From: Methanobacteriota archaeon
GTDB taxonomy: Archaea; Halobacteriota; Bog-38; Methanoflorentales; Methanoflorentaceae
Length of the DNA: 46,767 nt
NCBI GenBank assembly: GCA_028679495.1
Contig: JAJRBK010000098.1
Location: 1 to 46,767, forward strand
Direction of reading: 5' to 3'
Positions 20,923 to 28,970 of this stretch are shown piece after piece. A program made the position numbers and the translations under genes. Position 1 is the stretch's first letter. Every line of letters begins with the position of its first letter. The notes below the pieces were generated by a model. The model ran no database searches and had not been told where the DNA came from. It saw only the letters and a list, made by a program, of their open reading frames with translations.

Positions 20923-23900
20923 TCACTCCGCTATTGAAAGCACGATTTTGTGTCCGTCAACAGTCCACTCCTTCGTAAGTTGAGCATCATCAAAGAGATG
21001 GTCGATGACAGCTGCGGATAGTGTCTCGTCTTTAATGTATTGGTGATAATCCTGGACCGCTTGTGCAACATCGGTTGAAGCTCGGTACCCAACCTTTATG
21101 TGCGCTGTGTAAGGGAGGTTTAGTTCCTTGCGCATCACTTGGATTCTCCGTACTATCTCTCGCGCAAGAGACTCGATGCTAAGCTCAGGCGTTGTCTCGG
21201 TGTCGATGAAGACGATGAGTCCTCCGGCTTCGCCCTTTGCAAAGTGTGGCTTCGTCTTTTCGGTAACAACAAGATCGTCTCTTGATAGTGCAACAAGCGT
21301 ACCGTCAACATCAAGTTCGACCCCCGTATCAAGCTGCTGCAGCACCGTGCTGGACTCGAGCCTGCTTAATTCACGCTTTATTTTTGAGACAAGCTCTCTG
21401 TATTTTGGGCCCACCGTGCTGTAGTTTAGTGAAATATCATGTTCGGCGAAATCAGATTCTTTTGCTCCAAAGTCGATAGCTTTAATATTGAGCTCGTTAC
21501 ACACGAGCGTTCGTAATTCCACGTTTGCAAGGTCGCTTCCAATACAGATCAGTCTTTTTAGGGGTTGCCGTGTCTTAATATGTGCTGCAGATCGTGCCAC
21601 CCTTCCTGCCTCCACGATCTTACGCGTATATTCCATCTGCTGCTCGATCGTTGGAGATATTAAATCGAGCTTGGGAAGGGGGTATCGTTCCAGGTGAACG
21701 CTTGCCTTGGATGACTCATCATACTGAGATAACGTCTGATAAATATAATCAGCAATGAACGGTGTAAAGGGCGCCATTAGCTTGGAAAGCGTCCTCAAAG
21801 CTTCATAAAGTGTGACATAGGCAGATCGCTTGTCGGTGTCGTGCTCGCTTTTCCAGAAGCGCCGGCGTGATGTTCTCACAAACCAGTTGCTAAGGTCGTC
21901 TATGAATGAGTCTATAGCTACTGTCGCAGCGAAGTAATCATAATTGTCCATATGCTGGATAACACGTTCGTTGAGTCCGTTGATCCTTGATAACATCCAT
22001 TTGTCAATTGTGTTTCTTTGCTCGGCCGCAAGCCACCATGCTAGCTCGTATTCATCGATATTGGCATACGTTTCAAAAAATGAAAGCACGTTCCATAGTG
22101 TTGCAATGGTCTTACGCTGAGACTCGACGATGGCGCTTTCGTAAAACTTCTTGGGATTTCCGGGGCTGCCAGCACTCAAAAGATACCAGCGTAGACTGTC
22201 AGCACCTTCGTTATCGAGTATCCGCCATGGGTCGACAGCGTTGCCTTTGCTCTTCGACATCTTCCGACCGAACTCATCGACAATGTGACCAAGACTTATA
22301 ACGGTGTTATATGCGTTCGACCCAAAGACGGCGGTGGCAATAGCGTGCATGCTGTAAAACCAGCCCCGTGTTTGATCCACGCCCTCAGCGATAAAATCGA
22401 CCGGTATCTTAAACTGCTCGCTTTGCTCGAAGGGATAGTGAAGCGACGCGAAAGGAGCGCAACCTGAATCGTACCAACAATCGATCACATCAGGAACACG
22501 ATGCATGTCCTCGCCACAACTATCACAACGGAAGGTGATTTGGTCGATGTAGGGCTTGTGAACGTCAGCGGGAGGTGTTGACGCGTGCATTTGTTGCTGC
22601 AACTCTTTTATGCTTCCTATACAAACGGCGTGATCGTTGCTGCATCTCCAAATTGGCAGTGGCGTGCCCCAGTAACGTTCTCGGCTCAACGCCCAGTCTC
22701 TCGCATTTTCGATAAAATGCCCGAAACGCCCGCTTTTTAAAGCACTGGGGTGCCACTGGACGCGCTCGTTGTTTTGCTGAAGCTCTTTTCGCAAGGAGCT
22801 CATGCGGATAAACCATGCTTTTCGGGCATAGTACATGAGCGGCGTTTCGCACCGCCAACAAAACGGGTAGGCATGCTCGTACATCTCAGCCTTAAAAAGC
22901 AAAGCTCTCGTTTTTAAGTTCTGAACAATGATAGGATTCGCATCTGCAAAGAACAAGCCCCCTACCAAGCTAATATGCTCGTCGAACCGTCCATCTGGAC
23001 GCACGAGCTGCACAAGAGGGAGGTTCTCCACCTTTGCGACGTTGAAGTCCTCCTCGCCAAAGGCAGGAGCAATGTGCACGATACCGCTGCCTTCCTCAGT
23101 ACTGACAAAGTCTGCTAAAACAACGTGGTGCTTTTCAGGGCCGAAAAGAGCTTGATAGCGCACACCTTTTAGATCCGTTCCCTGCATCTCAGCGTTCACA
23201 CGGAAGCTGACTTGACCTTGCATGACTGACCTAAGCGAATCTTTTGCAAGAATCAAGTGCGTATCGTTTAGTTGCACCTTCACGTACGCGATATCGGGAT
23301 TAACTGCAAGTGCAACGTTTGAAAGCAACGTCCACGGCGTCGTGGTCCAAGCTAACAAAAATGTTTTTTCTTCATCCACGACCGGAAATTTTACAAAAAT
23401 TGCCTCCTCTGTAACAGTTGTGTATCCTTGGGCCACTTCATGCGTGCTTAAACCGGTGCCACAACGAGGACAATAAGGGACTACATAGTGGTCTTCATAT
23501 ATCAAATTCTGGTCCCAGATACGTTTAAGTGACCACCATACTGATTCGATGTAACTTGAGGCCATGGTCGTATACGGCCGGTCGAGATCAATGAAGAATC
23601 CAATGCGCTTCGTCATATCAGACCACTCATCAATGTGGCTAAACACAGAGCTCCGACATACTTCGTTGAATCGTTCAACGCCGTACATTTCAATGTGCGA
23701 TTTGTTTTCAAAACTAAGTTCTTTCTCCACAGAAATCTCAACAGGGAGACCGTGACAGTCCCAGCCACTCACGCGCGGAACGTGATACCCTTGCATGGTC
23801 TTATAGCGACAGAAAAGGTCCTTTACTACACGAGCGTAAACGTGATGCACGCCTGGAGAACCGTTTGCAGTCGGAGGTCCTTCAATAAACCTGAATAGCT

Positions 23901-24012
23901 CTGCTCCGTTATTTGAATCGATACTCCTCCTGATTATGTCTTTGTCATCCCATTCTTTTAAGAGGGCTTTTTCCATCGCGACTAAGTCCTGGTCAACATG
24001 TGAGTTTGACAT
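20923..24012 (-). CDS. ileS: Isoleucyl-tRNA synthetase
   Basis: 1029 aa. HIGH-type motif PPTANGSPGVHH, KMSKS motif KMSKSKGN and an editing-domain-sized insertion. Confidence 0.96.
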   Translation of the reverse strand: MSNSHVDQDLVAMEKALLKEWDDKDIIRRSIDSNNGAELFRFIEGPPTANGSPGVHHVYARVVKDLFCRYKTMQGYHVPRVSGWDCHGLPVEISVEKELSFENKSHIEMYGVERFNEVCRSSVFSHIDEWSDMTKRIGFFIDLDRPYTTMASSYIESVWWSLKRIWDQNLIYEDHYVVPYCPRCGTGLSTHEVAQGYTTVTEEAIFVKFPVVDEEKTFLLAWTTTPWTLLSNVALAVNPDIAYVKVQLNDTHLILAKDSLRSVMQGQVSFRVNAEMQGTDLKGVRYQALFGPEKHHVVLADFVSTEEGSGIVHIAPAFGEEDFNVAKVENLPLVQLVRPDGRFDEHISLVGGLFFADANPIIVQNLKTRALLFKAEMYEHAYPFCWRCETPLMYYARKAWFIRMSSLRKELQQNNERVQWHPSALKSGRFGHFIENARDWALSRERYWGTPLPIWRCSNDHAVCIGSIKELQQQMHASTPPADVHKPYIDQITFRCDSCGEDMHRVPDVIDCWYDSGCAPFASLHYPFEQSEQFKIPVDFIAEGVDQTRGWFYSMHAIATAVFGSNAYNTVISLGHIVDEFGRKMSKSKGNAVDPWRILDNEGADSLRWYLLSAGSPGNPKKFYESAIVESQRKTIATLWNVLSFFETYANIDEYELAWWLAAEQRNTIDKWMLSRINGLNERVIQHMDNYDYFAATVAIDSFIDDLSNWFVRTSRRRFWKSEHDTDKRSAYVTLYEALRTLSKLMAPFTPFIADYIYQTLSQYDESSKASVHLERYPLPKLDLISPTIEQQMEYTRKIVEAGRVARSAAHIKTRQPLKRLICIGSDLANVELRTLVCNELNIKAIDFGAKESDFAEHDISLNYSTVGPKYRELVSKIKRELSRLESSTVLQQLDTGVELDVDGTLVALSRDDLVVTEKTKPHFAKGEAGGLIVFIDTETTPELSIESLAREIVRRIQVMRKELNLPYTAHIKVGYRASTDVAQAVQDYHQYIKDETLSAAVIDHLFDDAQLTKEWTVDGHKIVLSIAE

Positions 24013-24241
24013 CGATATCTCCGTGCGTTCCTTGTTGATCTTGTGTCGTTAAAATTCAACGATGAGCTGCAGAGGGCTCTGTTCGATTGCAGAAAAGCTC
24101 GACCAACTGATCTAATACCCTGTCAATAATAAACATTTTTCATCAAGAGGCGACCCTTACGCAAACCAGTGTGTAATTACGGTTCGTGTCTTACAATGTA
24201 TGCGCCGTGTCTCATACACATCTGCTCAGCATGGCGTTTGC

Positions 24242-24706
24242 TCACATCGTCTCAGCGGTGTCATCTGCACAGGTGCTATTTTCATTGCCAGCATGGGGCG
24301 TTGGGATGACAAAGACTCTTACCTGATAAACGCCACTTTGCACGATAATCTTGTCCGCAAACGCTCTAATGTCTCGGGCACTTCCTTGAACGACGTCGAT
24401 CTCAAGACAATTGCTTGTGTCAAGGTGAATATGAATAGTAGAGGTGATTATCTGCGCATTCTCGTGTTGGATATCGGTGAGGAGAGAGATAAGGCCGCGT
24501 TGCTCATGATTGTACATCAGGCTGATAACACCAACCTGATCGCCTTCTGTCTGGTTGAAAGTCTCGTAATCAAGTAAATAGCCTCTGATTGCATCTCTGA
24601 TAGCCTCAGACCTTGATGAATACCCCCTTTTTTTAATGATGGCGTCAAATTCCGAAAGGAGTTGCGCGGGTATTGAGACTCCGATTCGCATCAATTCGTC
24701 TTCCAT
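24242..24706 (-). CDS. nikR: Nickel-responsive transcriptional regulator NikR
   Basis: N-terminal ribbon-helix-helix MRIGVSIPAQLLSEFDAIIKKRGYSSRSEAIRDAIR. The C-terminal ACT-like domain carries the Ni-site pattern HIHLDTSNC (HxHx5C). ATG starts lie at 24706 or 24691; the track start at 24748 is a TTG. Confidence 0.85.
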   Translation of the reverse strand: MEDELMRIGVSIPAQLLSEFDAIIKKRGYSSRSEAIRDAIRGYLLDYETFNQTEGDQVGVISLMYNHEQRGLISLLTDIQHENAQIITSTIHIHLDTSNCLEIDVVQGSARDIRAFADKIIVQSGVYQVRVFVIPTPHAGNENSTCADDTAETM

Positions 24707-25200
24707 AAGTGACTCCAACGTACAAGACCACGGTGTTGCGCTTGTCAATATTGCTGGCTATATGTATGGAGTTATGCTATAAATCACCTACATTCTGCTA
24801 ATAACTCTCAAAAAATGATCACACGATGTGTCAAGAACGCATAATCGAAACAAAGCCTGATTACAAAGGAATCACATCCGAAGTGGAAGATGATCTTCTA
24901 AAAGAACGCGCGGCCATCTGGCATAGCATCGACACCTTTTGAAATCCACATTATCACGCGATAGTATCGGCCTCCACGGCTGCTGAACGTGCGTGGCCAC
25001 GTTGCACGCGTCCTTGATCTTTAGCGGCATAGTTGGAGCATCGTTTTAATTCAACAAGGCATACATTGAGACAGAACGCCCATGACAACTAAGAAGGACA
25101 ATGGAAGCAACAATTTGGACTTGAAAAGATATAAATTGTGATAACTTCATAGGTATAACTACAACCACCATATCAGCCTTGAACCCTTGGAGTGTTTTAA

Positions 25201-25935
25201 TTGGATAGCAGCTTATTAACACAGGGCAACGATTTGATACAAGCGCGAAAAACGATCGTATATATTGTTAACTCCCTTAGTGCCTCAAGCAGGTTAAAAG
25301 GCGTACACATCGACGATATCGTGAGCTACGGTGAATCGCTCGGCATATACCCTGAAAACGTCATAGGTGTGATCCAACAACTGACAAAAGAAGGCCTGCT
25401 GACAGAGGCCTCGCGCAACAGATTCCTGAACAAATTTCCACCTATAAACATTCCAAAAGGCAGTCGCTCTAAGGAAGCGGTAGCTATACACCATAAAAGC
25501 AATGCCATAGATCACGATAAAGAAGACGTCGAAGAGATGGAACGACTCCTAAAAAACAGCCATCTTCTTATCAGTCCACCGCAGCTGCAGCAGGTAAAAC
25601 GCGAATATAAAGCCATAATTGACTCTGGAAATAGCAGCTTTTTTTACGAAGGCTGCCCGAGCGATGCGGAAATAGGAAAAAGGGTTGGAATCGACAAGAG
25701 GAAAGTGCAAGGAGCGCGAATCTTGCTTGGGTTATTGAGTGAGCGTGACGTTAAGATCACTTTTGACCGCGATAAATTCCTTAGCTGGCTTCTTCAGTCG
25801 AAAAACGAGAGAAAGAGCTCAAAGGAGTTTGCTGAAGAACTGGGCGCAAGTTACTCAACTTTTAAGCGAAAAAGGGCCTTGTGGGAAGCTTATCTCTCGG
25901 CAAATCGTCTCACTGATAGCTCGTTGAAGCGATAA
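25201..25935 (+). CDS. Hypothetical DNA-binding protein (N-terminal winged-helix, C-terminal HTH-like segments)
   Basis: 244 aa. It needs a TTG start at 25201, with GGAG 8 nt upstream. GVHIDDIVSYGESLGIYPENVIGVIQQLTKEGLL resembles RPA32/Stn1-type winged helices. DAEIGKRVGIDKRKV and SSKEFAEELGASYSTFKRK look HTH-like. No family was recognised. Confidence 0.5.
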   Translation: MDSSLLTQGNDLIQARKTIVYIVNSLSASSRLKGVHIDDIVSYGESLGIYPENVIGVIQQLTKEGLLTEASRNRFLNKFPPINIPKGSRSKEAVAIHHKSNAIDHDKEDVEEMERLLKNSHLLISPPQLQQVKREYKAIIDSGNSSFFYEGCPSDAEIGKRVGIDKRKVQGARILLGLLSERDVKITFDRDKFLSWLLQSKNERKSSKEFAEELGASYSTFKRKRALWEAYLSANRLTDSSLKR

Positions 25936-25946
25936 CTTCGATTAGT

Positions 25947-26465
25947 ATGAAATTCTTAGTGGATAGGATGCTAGGTCGCTTATCAGCTTGGCTAAGGATC
26001 TTAGGTTATGACACGATAAGCGCCAATTCATTTTCTGGACTATCAAATTCAGAGGAGGATACCTACATGCTCACACGCTCCGTCTGCGAACAGCGGACCC
26101 TCCTGACGCGCGATGCGCAACTCTACGAGCGGGCGAAAGAGAAGTCTGGCGTATCATCGCTTCTCATTAAAGAGGATAACGTGTTTCAGCAGCTTAAACA
26201 AGTACGCGAGCACTTAGTGTTGACGTTTCCGCGCGAACCAGAGATCATGCGCTGCAGCGCATGCAATGGTATGATCCTGCCTGCTCCCACGGAAGTCGTT
26301 TATGGATCGCGCGAAATTAAGTTGCTCGGCTCAAAAGGGGTCAATATCGCTGAGTTTATTCAGCGGCACAGAGAATTCTATGCGTGCACATCTTGCGGTA
26401 AAGTTTTTTGGAAGGGCAGTCATTGGCATGGGATCCTCCAAAAGACTCGCCACTTGAACGCTTGA
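25947..26465 (+). CDS. Mut7-C (PIN-like) RNase domain protein with C-terminal zinc ribbon (DUF82/COG1656)
   Basis: Contains MKFLVDRMLGRLSAWLRILGYDT, LLTRDAQL, CSACNG...CTSCGKVFWKGSHW. It begins 11 nt after the upstream ORF. Confidence 0.85.
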   Translation: MKFLVDRMLGRLSAWLRILGYDTISANSFSGLSNSEEDTYMLTRSVCEQRTLLTRDAQLYERAKEKSGVSSLLIKEDNVFQQLKQVREHLVLTFPREPEIMRCSACNGMILPAPTEVVYGSREIKLLGSKGVNIAEFIQRHREFYACTSCGKVFWKGSHWHGILQKTRHLNA

Positions 26466-26511
26466 GCAAGCTTGAACTATCTGATAATGACCGCCTGCTG
26501 AGCGTATCGCT

Positions 26512-27294
26512 TTAATCTTCTTCATTGTGTCCACTTTTTTGTGTGCCTTGCATGGAGAGCAACTTGTCTCGGCTCATTTTTATTGCCTCGTAATCGTTGA
26601 TCTCAATGATTGCCTTACGCATTCCTCTTAGTAAAGCCCAATCGATAGTGCCATCTCCCACGGCCAAATGCTCGTCACGTATACCGTGGTTATCGCTTAC
26701 GTGATAGTATGAAACAGGAAAATCAGCGCGCATGAACTCGGCAACCATTCCACAAGTATGCGCGTGACCTACATCAATGGTGCCGGAGCTCGCACACCGA
26801 TCAACGAACAACTCGTGTTCTAAAACGCTTGTGCAAAAGTATTTTGGATTATTCGGCATGTTTTCAATGGAAGGTGTGACTCCCACTGTACTGCTGCATT
26901 CTGCCCACTCCCGTAGCGTGGCTAAGGCAAAAGTGAGCGCTCGTGCTGTGACGCGGTCGTTTATCCGCTTGACATACCCTGGGTGCGTCGTTATTGTTGA
27001 TGCATCAAGCGCCACTGCGAAGTCGATGGTCTCCTGTAGTTGTCTCGCGGTTTCTTCTCGTATCCCAACATTAACGCTTGCAGGGTTGAGATCGACTGTA
27101 GGCGCATGAAGTGTGATATCAAAGTCATAACTTGTTGCGCTTTCGAATTGTTTGAGGTTTTTTAGAGCAAATCGTGGCAAGTAAGGTCCTTCACATAGCA
27201 GTTCGATAGCATCAAAGCTGTCCCTTTTGGCCACCTGTAAAGCGGTTTCAAACGGGACATCAAAAAGAGCCAAAGCTGTGAATCCCACTTTCAT
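26512..27294 (-). CDS. Sugar phosphate isomerase/epimerase (xylose-isomerase-like TIM barrel, AP-endonuclease-2 family)
   Basis: 260 aa. Contains FDAIEL...ITLHAP...ITTHPG...IENM...VGHAH, the metal-ligand pattern of this fold. Confidence 0.75.
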   Translation of the reverse strand: MKVGFTALALFDVPFETALQVAKRDSFDAIELLCEGPYLPRFALKNLKQFESATSYDFDITLHAPTVDLNPASVNVGIREETARQLQETIDFAVALDASTITTHPGYVKRINDRVTARALTFALATLREWAECSSTVGVTPSIENMPNNPKYFCTSVLEHELFVDRCASSGTIDVGHAHTCGMVAEFMRADFPVSYYHVSDNHGIRDEHLAVGDGTIDWALLRGMRKAIIEINDYEAIKMSRDKLLSMQGTQKSGHNEED

Positions 27295-27393
27295 AACGAG
27301 ATAAGTCTCTAACTGATAATGCGCATATTTTCACCGCGGATGTCACAGCGTACCGCAATACGTGCGCTGTGATAAACGCTAGGAAAAAGCGTT

Positions 27394-28389
27394 CTATCGT
27401 GCAGGATAATAATCTTCGACTCTCACGATGTCGTCTATGAAGGGCTTTGAAATGCTGTGCATGAGGGAGTTTTCGGTTGCTACGATTTTGTGCACGACTC
27501 CTCGTGGGATATGCATCGTGTCGTTTCTTCCAAAGAACTCCTTAGTGTGTTCAAACTGAACGTAACAGGAGCCCTCCAACATATAAATTGACTCATCCTT
27601 GTCCTTATGGTAGTGATATGAGGTCGTATAGCCCTCTTTTATGTACATCTCCTTTGTGAGGAAGTTCTCCGTGCTAATAAGCTCTTTCTCGTAGCCCCAC
27701 GGTTTGTCGCTTCTGTTAGCGTACTCTTTTTTTATTTCTTCGAGGTCTTTTGTTGTGTCAATCGACATCCAAAATGTATCCTCTTTGTAATATCCCAGTT
27801 GATTTGTGTCAGCAAGAACCGGAAAAACCGTCTTTTCAATTTCGCCTTTTTCAAAATTGCTAAAGGGGATATTTGTGTCGAGAATATAAATTCCGCCGTT
27901 AATATAATACTCAAGCAAGGGTTTCTCCTTAAATGAGCGTATATGCTCCTCTCCAAGTTCAACGATCCCGTACGGGCTTCGCATCTTAGTGACGAACATC
28001 ATCGCTTGAAAATCGCTGTTTTCGTACTTCTTGATCATTTTTTTCAAGTTAGTATCAGAGACGACGTCACCGTTTCTTAACAGTACGGTCTCGGGCTCCT
28101 TTAATAAAGCGATGCCTTGCTTAATTGCGTTAAGCGTGCCGAGCGGTGTATCTTCGACTGAGTACTGGATTTCCATGCCACGATAGCTACTCGCGTACTT
28201 TTCCTCTATTTTGTCACTTAAGTATCCGGTAAGCAAGATGACCCGCTCGATCCCACTGTTCGCCATATCATAGAGCTGTTTGTCCAAAATAGTGTAATCG
28301 TCCTTGATCTCAATGAGCGGCTTCGGTATATCTTGGGTATACGGCTTCAGGCGTTTGCCGTATCCACCGCAGAGGATCATTCCTATCAT
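27394..28389 (-). CDS. Sugar-1-phosphate nucleotidyltransferase fused to a C-terminal cupin domain
   Basis: N-terminal ILCGGYGKRLKPYTQDIPKPLIEI (NTP-transferase). The C-terminal roughly 110 aa is cupin-like (SYHYHKDKDESIYMLEG...HKI). The gene is markedly AT-rich relative to its neighbours. Confidence 0.85.
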   Translation of the reverse strand: MIGMILCGGYGKRLKPYTQDIPKPLIEIKDDYTILDKQLYDMANSGIERVILLTGYLSDKIEEKYASSYRGMEIQYSVEDTPLGTLNAIKQGIALLKEPETVLLRNGDVVSDTNLKKMIKKYENSDFQAMMFVTKMRSPYGIVELGEEHIRSFKEKPLLEYYINGGIYILDTNIPFSNFEKGEIEKTVFPVLADTNQLGYYKEDTFWMSIDTTKDLEEIKKEYANRSDKPWGYEKELISTENFLTKEMYIKEGYTTSYHYHKDKDESIYMLEGSCYVQFEHTKEFFGRNDTMHIPRGVVHKIVATENSLMHSISKPFIDDIVRVEDYYPAR

Positions 28390-28484
28390 ACTGATCCTCG
28401 TTTGACGCTACTATTCTTTAACTCTTTCTCTGGAAAATAAGCGCTCTAAAGCATCAATTGGCAAGCGCTAACACGCTACGAGTC

Positions 28485-28529
28485 AAAAAAAAGAGTGTGA
28501 CGTTGAAGTGCAAAAAGGTAAGAAAAAAA
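28485..28529 (-). terminator. Oligo-T tracts (T7, T5, T8 on the minus strand) downstream of the iscA-like gene
   Basis: A-runs on the plus strand at 28523-28529, 28512-28516 and 28485-28492, directly after the stop at 28538. Archaeal intrinsic termination uses oligo-T tracts. Confidence 0.5.
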
Positions 28530-28537
28530 GAGAACGT

Positions 28538-28861
28538 TTAGCCGCAGCTACCGCCGCATGATCCACAGCCAGTCAGGCTCGGGTGCTTGATGGTGAAACC
28601 CTTCCCAAACATCGGATCATCGATAAAGTCGATTTCTGCACCGTCCAACGCCGACTCTACGTTTTTTTCCATAAACATTTTGACGCCGTTGGATTCTTGC
28701 ACGTCTTCCGCCTTTGTAGGATTTTCGTCAAGAGACATGGTATACTGCGGACCGCCGCATCCTATGCCTCCGTATGATATCCGTAATCCAAAATTTAGCT
28801 TACCTTCCTTTTCCAGGAGGTCCTTTAGCTCTTTGGCCGCTGTTTCGGTTATTTGAATCAT
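28538..28861 (-). CDS. Iron-sulfur cluster assembly A-type carrier (IscA/HesB family)
   Basis: 107 aa. Contains GLRISYGGIGCGGPQYTMSLDE and a C-terminal Cys cluster. The TATA-like TTTAAATA lies about 40 nt upstream on the minus strand. Confidence 0.85.
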   Translation of the reverse strand: MIQITETAAKELKDLLEKEGKLNFGLRISYGGIGCGGPQYTMSLDENPTKAEDVQESNGVKMFMEKNVESALDGAEIDFIDDPMFGKGFTIKHPSLTGCGSCGGSCG

Positions 28862-28970
28862 TTCAGACTCCTATATTTTTCTCTCTCGTCGCAACTATTT
28901 AAAGCTACGCAAGTCAAAAAACTACATCTTATCGAGATACAGAAGAAAGAAAAGAGGTAGGGTGGCACTT

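Noticed and set aside
24200-24577. 125-aa plus-strand ORF
   Set aside because: It lies antisense to nikR, whose RHH and HxHx5C motifs identify the real frame.
24749-25200. Possible replication origin (long AT-rich gap at a divergent strand switch)
   Set aside because: There is no adjacent orc1/cdc6, and no repeated ORB or mini-ORB-like elements. Only a single GTGGAAG and weak ATCAC repeats are present, and no obvious duplex-unwinding element is flanked by inverted repeats.
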